Below, in pieces: positions 57,410-64,000 of a DNA stretch of 64,000 nt. The translations under genes were made by a program, and so were the position numbers. The notes under the pieces were generated by a model. It worked only from the letters and a program-made list of their open reading frames with translations, had not been told where the DNA came from and ran no database searches. Numbering within the stretch: position 1 is the stretch's first letter; each line of letters begins with the position of its first letter. The stretch covers positions 2,530 to 66,529 of the forward strand of contig JANREX010000102.1 of NCBI GenBank assembly GCA_030758115.1. Reading direction: 5' to 3'. This DNA is from Paracoccaceae bacterium (GTDB lineage Bacteria > Pseudomonadota > Alphaproteobacteria > Rhodobacterales > Rhodobacteraceae).

Positions 57410-58369
57410 TCAGACCTTGGTGGCGGGCGCCGGGGGCGTGACAAGGCGGCGCTTGAGCATCGCCTCGCGCCAGGTGATGAAGGTGACCGAGCCAAGGATC
57501 ACCCCGCCGCCCACGATCACCCAGATATCGACCCCCTCGCCGAAGAACAGCGCCCCCAGCGCCACCGCCCAGACCAGTTGCAGGAAACTGACAGGCTGGG
57601 TCACGGTCACGGGGGCCACCGCGAAGGCCAGCGTCATCGTGTAATGCCCCGCTGTCGCCAGAAGTGCCACAAGCGTCAGCACCAGCAGCGCATGCGGGCT
57701 GGGCGGCACCCAGACGGCGATGGCCATGGGGGCAAGGCCGATCGTCACCCAGATCGACAGCATCCCCACCACGATGGCGGCATTGGTCTCGTCGGTCAGC
57801 AGCTTGGCCAGCAGGTAGGAGGCGCCGAACACGACCGCCGCCGCCAGCATCGCCAGATGCCCCGGCCCGATCTCGCGAAAGCCGGGCCGCAGGATGATCA
57901 GCGCGCCGATCAGCGCGACGAGAACGGCGACCACCCGCCGCGCGGCCAGCTTTTCGCCCAGGAAGATGGCGGCCCCGATGGTGACGTAGATCGGCGCCAG
58001 ATAGTTCATCGCGGTGACATCGGCGATGGGAATGCGCGCCATGGCATAGAACCACAGCGCCACGCCCATGGAATGCGCAAGACCACGCGCGGTGAACAGC
58101 CCCCATTGCCGCCGGGTCAGGCGCGTCGCCAGGATGGGCCGGATCAAGGGGATCAGGAAAACAAGACCGATGGCATAGCGCAGAAAGGCCGCCTCGGGCG
58201 CGGGAATGCCTGGTCCAAGATACTTGACCAATGCGGTGACGCCCACGAACAGAAGGCCTGTCACCAGCATCCAGAGGACCCCGACAACCGGGCGGGTCTG
58301 TCTTTGCTCTACGCTCATGGCGCGCATCAAGTCACGAAGCCCCGGCAGCCGCAAGAGGGCGCGGGGCAT
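57410..58369 (-). CDS. DMT-superfamily (EamA) transporter
   Basis: 10-TM pattern in two EamA halves. The start could be 58369 or 58318. Confidence 0.8.
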   Translation of the reverse strand: MPRALLRLPGLRDLMRAMSVEQRQTRPVVGVLWMLVTGLLFVGVTALVKYLGPGIPAPEAAFLRYAIGLVFLIPLIRPILATRLTRRQWGLFTARGLAHSMGVALWFYAMARIPIADVTAMNYLAPIYVTIGAAIFLGEKLAARRVVAVLVALIGALIILRPGFREIGPGHLAMLAAAVVFGASYLLAKLLTDETNAAIVVGMLSIWVTIGLAPMAIAVWVPPSPHALLVLTLVALLATAGHYTMTLAFAVAPVTVTQPVSFLQLVWAVALGALFFGEGVDIWVIVGGGVILGSVTFITWREAMLKRRLVTPPAPATKV

Positions 58370-58388
58370 TGTTGTGCGAACCAGGGGT

Positions 58389-58988
58389 TTAGGTTCCCCG
58401 GATCAGGGCTGCGGCGATGATCCACATCAGCAGCCCCACCCCGGCATCCAGCAGCCGCCAGGCCACGGGGCGCGCAAAAAGCGGCGCCAGCCGGCGCGCG
58501 CCGAAGCCCAGCGTGAAGAAGAACACGAAACTGGCGCTCATCGCGCCCAGCGCAAAGGACAGCCGGTCCGCATATTGCGCCGAAACCGCCCCCAGCAGAA
58601 CGACCGTATCCAGATAGACATGCGGGTTCAGCCAGGTCAGCGCCAGGCAGGTCAGCAGCACGCCACGCAACGCCTCGCCCCCCTGTCCCGTGGCCTCAAG
58701 CACCGCTCCGCCACGCCAGGCCGACAGGAAGGCGCGCGCGCCATAGGCGATCAGGAAAGCGGCCCCACCCCAGCGCATCACGGGTTCGACCCAGGGCGCG
58801 GCCTTGGTCAATGTTCCGAAACCCGCCACCCCGGCCGCGATCAGCAGCGCATCGCTGATCGCGCAGGTCAGGCAGACCGCCAGCACATGGGATCGCCGGA
58901 TGCCCTGCCGCAGGACAAAGGCGTTCTGCGCCCCGATGGCCAGGATCAATGACAGGCCAAGCCCGAAACCCGCGACTGCCGCCTGCAT
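58389..58988 (-). CDS. LysE/ArgO-family amino-acid exporter
   Basis: 199 aa; N-terminus GFGLGLSLILAIGAQNAFVLRQG is typical of LysE/ArgO. Confidence 0.8.
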   Translation of the reverse strand: MQAAVAGFGLGLSLILAIGAQNAFVLRQGIRRSHVLAVCLTCAISDALLIAAGVAGFGTLTKAAPWVEPVMRWGGAAFLIAYGARAFLSAWRGGAVLEATGQGGEALRGVLLTCLALTWLNPHVYLDTVVLLGAVSAQYADRLSFALGAMSASFVFFFTLGFGARRLAPLFARPVAWRLLDAGVGLLMWIIAAALIRGT

Positions 58989-59097
58989 GCCCTACCCCGT
59001 TGTCCCAAGACCATGGGCGGGCTATCGCGATGCCCGCATCAGGTCAAGCGTGATCGCGGCCTGCATCTTGCCGGAACATGACCCGAAGGGACGGCGC

Positions 59098-60495
59098 CTA
59101 TTCCGCCGCCTCGGCCGCATCCAGCGCCGCCACTTCGCCCAGGGTCACGGGCTTGAGCGGCGCGCGGATGCGGTAGGCGCCGACCTCGGCCGGGTCCATG
59201 CCCTGCGCCTCGGCCAGAAGGGCGGTCACGCTCAGCCCGCAATAGCGCCCCTGGCAGGGGCCCATACCCACCCGGCCAAAGGCCTTGGTCTGGTTCGGCC
59301 CGGTACAGCCCAGCTTGGCCCAGCCGCGCACCTGGCCCGCCGTCACCTCTTCGCAGCGGCAGATGATCGTGTCGTCCGCCGGGGCCAGCACCTGCGCGGC
59401 GGGTGGATAGGCCGCATCAAGGAAGGGGCGCAGCGCGCGTTCCGCGCCAAGCCGCGCCGCAGGCGCGCGGGCGCGGGCATCGCGCGCGGTCGCGTCGGTC
59501 CTGCCAAGCTGATGGGCCACCTGGCAAGCGGCCAGCCGCCCCGCCTCGGCGGCGGCCAGCGCCCCGGCAATGCCCGCGCCATCACCTGCCACGAAGATAC
59601 CGGGCTGCGAGGTTTCGCCCCAGGCATCAAGGCGCGGCGCAAAGCACTGCTGCGCGGCCAGCCAGTCATGATCCAGCCGCAGCGCGCGGCTGGCCTGGGT
59701 ATTGGGCACCACCCCCTGGTGCAGCAGCACCGTGTCGCAGGCGATGCGCTGTGTGCGTCCGCCGGCGGCAAAGCGCAGCGCCGTGGCCCTGTCCTGCCCT
59801 TCGACCGCCAGATCGCGCGCGCCGGTGATGCGCCGCACCCCGGCGCGGCGCAGCTCGGCCAGCAGGCCCAGGCCCTTGATCAGCGTGCGCCACCCCCGCA
59901 GCCCCCGCGCCAGATGCGGCAGGGCGCGGATCGTGTCGCGCAGGCCTTGCGTTTCCACCAGCGCCAGCGGCGGCGTGCCCGCGCGCGCCATCTGCGCGGC
60001 CAGCAGGTAAAGCAGCGGGCCGGACCCCGCCAGCACCGCGCGTTCCGCCACCAGACCCGAGGCCTTGAGCAGGATCTGCCCGGCTCCGGCCGTCATCACG
60101 CCCGGCAAGGTCCAGCCGGGGATCGGCACCGGCCGCTCCAGCGCGCCGGTGGCAAGGATCAGCCGCGCCGCGCGCAACTGCGCGGCATGCCCATCCTGCG
60201 ACCAGGTCACGGTGATGCCCTCCGCGTCAGCTTCGATATTCCAGACCACCGCGCCCGTCAGATGCTGCGCGCCCGAGGCCTGCATCGCCAGCGCCAACCC
60301 CGCCCCGTCAAGATAGTCCTGCCCAAGAACGGCGCCGCGCTGCGCGCCCGCGCCCGTGACCGCGCGGTAGATCTGCCCGCCCGCTGCGGTCTGTTCATCA
60401 AGGACCGTCACCGACAGGCCCAGACCCGCCGCCTCGGTCGCCGCCGCCATGCCGGCAGGCCCGGCCCCGATCACGATCAGATCGACCGTCGTCAT
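59098..60495 (-). CDS. FAD/NAD(P)-binding oxidoreductase, opine-oxidase subunit A / HcnB-like
   Basis: DLIVIGAGPAGMAAA dinucleotide fold, second Rossmann region, C-terminal BFD-like Cys motif (CRCEEV..GPCQGRYC). ATG 60495 overlaps the upstream stop. Confidence 0.8.
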   Translation of the reverse strand: MTTVDLIVIGAGPAGMAAATEAAGLGLSVTVLDEQTAAGGQIYRAVTGAGAQRGAVLGQDYLDGAGLALAMQASGAQHLTGAVVWNIEADAEGITVTWSQDGHAAQLRAARLILATGALERPVPIPGWTLPGVMTAGAGQILLKASGLVAERAVLAGSGPLLYLLAAQMARAGTPPLALVETQGLRDTIRALPHLARGLRGWRTLIKGLGLLAELRRAGVRRITGARDLAVEGQDRATALRFAAGGRTQRIACDTVLLHQGVVPNTQASRALRLDHDWLAAQQCFAPRLDAWGETSQPGIFVAGDGAGIAGALAAAEAGRLAACQVAHQLGRTDATARDARARAPAARLGAERALRPFLDAAYPPAAQVLAPADDTIICRCEEVTAGQVRGWAKLGCTGPNQTKAFGRVGMGPCQGRYCGLSVTALLAEAQGMDPAEVGAYRIRAPLKPVTLGEVAALDAAEAAE

Positions 60496-60791
60496 TCCGT
60501 CACCCTCCCCTTGGGGCGCGTCAGAACCAGACCGGCGCTGACCTGCATCATGCAGGCCTGGCGCGTCACGCCCCCGACCTCGATCAGGCAATCGAAACAG
60601 GCGCCCATCATGCAGAAGGGACCGCGCGGCGCACCCGAGACGGGCGTGGCGCGGAACGACCCGACACCAGCAGCCAGCAGGGCTGCGGCAAGGTTGGCCC
60701 CGACCGGCAGGTCCAGCGGCGCGCCATCCAGCGTCACGCGCACGCGCGGCGCGGCGGGGGACAGGTCACGAAAGGGCAAAGCGGCGTTCAC
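60492..60791 (-). CDS. Small (2Fe-2S)-binding subunit, HcnA / opine-oxidase gamma-like (start uncertain)
   Basis: VTLDGAPLDLPVGANLAAALL..CMMGACFDCL pattern. A GTG at 60791 would overlap the upstream gene by 26 nt; later GTGs are possible. Confidence 0.6.
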   Translation of the reverse strand: MNAALPFRDLSPAAPRVRVTLDGAPLDLPVGANLAAALLAAGVGSFRATPVSGAPRGPFCMMGACFDCLIEVGGVTRQACMMQVSAGLVLTRPKGRVTE

Positions 60792-61869
60792 TGAAAACCT
60801 CCAGATCCGGGGCATCGGCATCCCCCTCCAGCCATTGCGGCAGCCGCAGCGCATGGGCCGCGGCAAGGGTGACGCCGGAATGGCAGGTGACAAGGCTGAC
60901 GCCCGGCAGGGTCGGGCTGTGCTGGTAGATCGGCAGCCCGTCGGGCGACATGATGCGCAACGCGCCCCAGCTGCGCACCATCTGCGCCTTCTCCAGCCGG
61001 GGCATCACGGCCACGGCACGCGCGGCGATGGCGGCGACGGTCGGCGTGGTGACACGGTCATCCAGCCCCACCTCTTCCTTGCTGTCGCCGATCTGGATGC
61101 CGCCTTCATCGACCTGCCGGATGATCCCAGAGGGGCGGTTCATCATCTTGGGCAGCTTTTCGGTGATCAGCACCTGCCCGCGTTGCGGCCGGACGGGCGC
61201 GGCAAAGCCCAGTTTCGCGCCCAGATCCATCGCCCCCAGACCGGCCGACAGCACCACGCGCCCCGCCTCGACCACCTGCCCCGAGGCGCAGGCAACGCGC
61301 AGACCGCCATCGGTCTGCGTCACATCGATCACGGTCTGGCTGGTCAGCACCTGCCCGCCCTGGCGGCGCACATCGGCGGCCAGCCCGCGCAGCAGGCGCA
61401 GCGGGTTCACGTGACCGTCCTGGTGATGCAGGATCGCACCGGCCACCCGGGGGCCGACCTCGGGCTCCTCGCGCTTGAGCGCGTTATGCCCCAGAACCTC
61501 GAACGGATAGTCGCCACCCAATGCGTCGCGCAGGGCGCTGTATTGGGCGACGCGGGCCTCAAGCTCGGCCTCGTCGAGGTGAAAATCATATCCGCCTTCC
61601 TGGCGCAGCGACAGGTCGGTGCCCGCCCCTTCGCCCAGTTCGGCGGCAAAACCCTTCCAGAGCGCGGCGGATTGCTGGCTCCAGCGGGCATAGGCGGGTT
61701 GGTTCAGCCCCTTGGACTGCACCCAGACCAGACCGAAATTGCCCCGGCTGGCCCGAAAACTGCCGTCGTCGCCATCCAGCACGATGACACGGCGGCCCCG
61801 GCGCAGCAGGCCCCAGGCCACACTCAGCCCGACGATCCCGCCGCCTATGATCGCGTAATCCGCCTGCAT
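60766..61869 (-). CDS. FAD-dependent oxidoreductase, opine-oxidase subunit B / HcnC / DadA-like
   Basis: MQADYAIIGGGIVGLSVA dinucleotide fold; 367 aa. Confidence 0.8.
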   Translation of the reverse strand: MQADYAIIGGGIVGLSVAWGLLRRGRRVIVLDGDDGSFRASRGNFGLVWVQSKGLNQPAYARWSQQSAALWKGFAAELGEGAGTDLSLRQEGGYDFHLDEAELEARVAQYSALRDALGGDYPFEVLGHNALKREEPEVGPRVAGAILHHQDGHVNPLRLLRGLAADVRRQGGQVLTSQTVIDVTQTDGGLRVACASGQVVEAGRVVLSAGLGAMDLGAKLGFAAPVRPQRGQVLITEKLPKMMNRPSGIIRQVDEGGIQIGDSKEEVGLDDRVTTPTVAAIAARAVAVMPRLEKAQMVRSWGALRIMSPDGLPIYQHSPTLPGVSLVTCHSGVTLAAAHALRLPQWLEGDADAPDLEVFSERRFALS

Positions 61870-61923
61870 CGGCCTCTTGCCCCGTTGAAAAGGGGCGCCC
61901 CGTGACGGGGCGCCCGCCGTCGT

Positions 61924-62910
61924 TTACTTCGCAACCGCGTCGAGGATCGCCTGACCCCAGTCTGCGCCCACGTCCTCAAGGATCTGCGGCCAGACGGTTT
62001 CGCGGATCTTGGCGGCCATCCCCTCAAGCTCGGCCGCGGACAGCGGCACGATCGTCGCGCCAAGGCCGGCCAGCTTCTGCTCGTTCGCACCCTGATCGGT
62101 TTCGGCCACGGTCCAGCGCGTCGCCTCGAAAGCCTCGGCCTGCGCGCGCAGGGCGGCCTGATCTTCCGCGGACATCTCCGACAGGGATTCGTTCGAGATG
62201 ATCATGTACCAGACTTCGAAATGGGTGTTGGCAGGGATGTAGGTCTTGGTCACATCCCGGAAAGAGGCGTAATAGCCCTCGGCGCCCGAACCGATCACGC
62301 CATCCACCACACCGGTCTGCACCGCCGTGAACGCCTCGGAGAAGGGGATCGGCGCGGGGATATAGCCCAGTGCCTCGCCGGTCAGCTGGAAGCTCTTGAT
62401 GCCGGGCACGCGCACCTTGATGCCGTTGGGATCGGTGCTGCCGGGGGTGACGGCCTCGCGGTTCAGGGCGATCCCGCCGAAATAGACCGGATAGGCCGCC
62501 AGCATGGTGATGTCCTGTGCGGCGTAAAGCTCGACCATCGCCTCGCGCACCGCGCCACCGGGACCATAGACCGCGCGGGCCTGTTCCCAGTTCTCGGCCA
62601 GGAAGGGGAAGGACGAGATCTGCATGCGCCGGTCTGCCGCCGTGCCCGCGGGCTGCACCGCCATGTCGATCGCACCGACCGAGATGCGTTCCTGCACGGT
62701 GGTATAGTCGCCCAGCGCAGAGGCCGGGAAGATCTCGATCTTGACGCGGTCGCCGGTCGCGGCGGCCACGGCCCCGGCAAAGGCGCGCACCTCGACGTCG
62801 ATGGTGGCGTCCTGCGGGCGCACATGGCTGAGCTTCAGATCGCGCGCCTCGGCCATGGGGGCCAGGGCCATCAATGCGCCTGCTGCGGCGGTGAACAGGA
62901 ATTTCTTCAT
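61924..62910 (-). CDS. TRAP transporter substrate-binding protein (DctP family)
   Basis: Signal peptide MKKFLFTAAAGALMALAPMAEA, DctP-like body, GGAGGAACC Shine-Dalgarno sequence before ATG 62910. Confidence 0.85.
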   Translation of the reverse strand: MKKFLFTAAAGALMALAPMAEARDLKLSHVRPQDATIDVEVRAFAGAVAAATGDRVKIEIFPASALGDYTTVQERISVGAIDMAVQPAGTAADRRMQISSFPFLAENWEQARAVYGPGGAVREAMVELYAAQDITMLAAYPVYFGGIALNREAVTPGSTDPNGIKVRVPGIKSFQLTGEALGYIPAPIPFSEAFTAVQTGVVDGVIGSGAEGYYASFRDVTKTYIPANTHFEVWYMIISNESLSEMSAEDQAALRAQAEAFEATRWTVAETDQGANEQKLAGLGATIVPLSAAELEGMAAKIRETVWPQILEDVGADWGQAILDAVAK

Positions 62911-62966
62911 TTTGGTTCCTCCGGTTGGATCAGGTTTCAAGGTTTCGAATGGGTGATTGCGGGTGG

Positions 62967-64000
62967 TCAGAGATAGCCGAACAGGCGCGGCAGCCAGAGC
63001 GACAGGTCCGGCCAGAAGGCGGTCAGGATCACGACAGGCATGTAGCCGGTCAGGATCAGGAACATGGCGGGGCGGATCACAGATGTGACGGGCACATTGC
63101 CGATCCGCGCACCCAGGTAGAGGATCGAGGCATAGGGCGGCGTGACCCCGCCCATCGCGGTGGTCACCCCCATGATCGCTGCGAACTGGATCGGGCTGAC
63201 ATCGATCGCGGTCATCAGCGGCAGCAGCAGCGGCGCGATCAGGATGATGGCGGTCACATCGTTCACCACCATGCCCACCAGCAGCAGCATGATGATCACC
63301 ATGATCAGCAGCAGCGTCCGGTCCTGCGTGATCTCGAAGATCGCGCTGACCAGTTTCTGCGGGATGCTTTCCATCACGAATATCTGGCTCAGGATCATCG
63401 AGAACAGGATCATCAGCATGATCGCGCCCACGGCGGTCGATGCCTCCTTGCCGGCGGCCAGGAAATTGTCCCAGCGCAGGCCCTTGTAGATCAGGAAGCC
63501 CACCGGCACCGAATAGATCACCGCGACGGCGGCGGCCTCGGTCGGGGTCATGACCCCGCCATAGATGCCACCCAGGATGATCACCGGCATCAGGATCGCG
63601 GGAAAGGCGTGGATGCCGCGCTTGGTGACCTCAGACGACAGTTCCGACAGCGACGGCTTGTCATCCAGCACCAGCGGGAACTTGCGCGCCAGCCACAGGT
63701 TCACGACCGAGAAATTGGTCATGATGATCAGCCCCGGCAGCAGCGTGGACAGGAAACAGGCCAGGATCGAGGTGTCGGTGACCCAGCCATAGACGATCAT
63801 CGTGACCGACGGCGGGATCAGCAGCCCCAGGATCGAGGAGTTGGCGATCAGCGCCGTGGCATAGGCCCGCGGATAGCCGCGCTTTTCCATCTCGGGGATC
63901 AGCAGCGGACCGATGGCGGCAATCCCCGTCAGACCCGAGCCGGAAATCGCCCCGATCACCGCACAGCTGACCGCCGCCACCACGCCCAGGCCACCCCGGA
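62967..64000 (-). CDS. TRAP transporter large permease (DctM), 5' end beyond the window
   Basis: The polytopic DctM-like sequence is open to the window edge; the stop is at 62967. Confidence 0.85.
   Translation of the reverse strand, partial: RGGLGVVAAVSCAVIGAISGSGLTGIAAIGPLLIPEMEKRGYPRAYATALIANSSILGLLIPPSVTMIVYGWVTDTSILACFLSTLLPGLIIMTNFSVVNLWLARKFPLVLDDKPSLSELSSEVTKRGIHAFPAILMPVIILGGIYGGVMTPTEAAAVAVIYSVPVGFLIYKGLRWDNFLAAGKEASTAVGAIMLMILFSMILSQIFVMESIPQKLVSAIFEITQDRTLLLIMVIIMLLLVGMVVNDVTAIILIAPLLLPLMTAIDVSPIQFAAIMGVTTAMGGVTPPYASILYLGARIGNVPVTSVIRPAMFLILTGYMPVVILTAFWPDLSLWLPRLFGYL

Noticed and set aside
59098-61869. Calling the three-gene dehydrogenase cluster hydrogen cyanide synthase hcnABC
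   Set aside because: The subunit architecture is shared with opine oxidases and D-hydroxyproline dehydrogenase. The gene order (C-like, A-like, B-like) and the adjacent TRAP uptake system fit a catabolic imino or amino acid dehydrogenase better, so only the generic family is called.
58804-61905. 1033-aa ORF on the + strand
   Set aside because: It is antisense to the LysE exporter and the three dehydrogenase subunit genes. It has no recognisable motifs and the Arg/Pro/Gly-rich composition of a spurious high-GC ORF.
1-64000. Scan for mobile elements, CRISPR arrays, tRNA/rRNA genes and known defence modules (restriction-modification, toxin-antitoxin, Cas, abortive infection, retron-like)
   Set aside because: No translation shows integrase, transposase, Cas, methyltransferase, restriction or toxin motifs. 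I saw no tRNA-like T-arm sequences and no spaced direct-repeat arrays. The only nucleases (SNase-like, EEP-like) have signal-peptide or housekeeping-like contexts. The window looks like core chromosome.

Overview
Visibly GC-rich (about two-thirds G+C by eye) alphaproteobacterial chromosomal segment with Rhodobacterales/Paracoccaceae-like gene content. All names come from motif and family recognition in the ORF translations; no searches were run.

Gene content, left to right:
- A Tad/Flp pilus assembly locus: cpaB, cpaC, an OmpA-like lipoprotein, cpaE, cpaF, tadB, tadC, two TPR lipoproteins and cpaA. No flp pilin gene is in the window. An uncharacterised AAA+ ATPase follows.
- A DUF1007 / NicO-like metal transporter pair with an extreme His-rich loop.
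- ppk2, two alpha/beta hydrolases, parE and a DUF1194 protein.
- Three tandem c-type cytochromes, a PaaI thioesterase, a DUF3047 protein, lolCD and proS.
- An AI-2E transporter, hdaA, ppk1 and ppx.
- A Met-rich secreted protein, an EEP-family enzyme and a DjlA-like J protein.
- The methylmalonyl pathway: VOC protein, B12 mutase, pccA, pccB and pccR. Small exported or hypothetical genes sit between pccA and pccB.
- A DUF465 protein, a hemerythrin-like protein and a secreted thermonuclease.
- The choline/betaine regulon: betICBA divergent from choXWV.
- Two exporters, then an opine-oxidase-type three-subunit dehydrogenase next to a TRAP transporter.

I saw no tRNA, rRNA, CRISPR array, integrase, transposase or recognisable defence genes. 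I do not see a convincing new multi-gene system.

Best leads:
1. A short intergenic repeat family sits just after stop codons, with 4 strong and 3 degenerate copies. Two copies share a mosaic hairpin architecture in which the middle hairpin differs in sequence but not in form.
2. An sRNA-like structured region and an unlisted 47-aa lipoprotein ORF lie inside the pcc cluster.
3. Candidate operators are present: TTTGCAAA (PccR-type), an FNR-like box, a CtrA-like box and a BetI palindrome.
4. An orphan AAA+ ATPase sits at the end of the tad locus.
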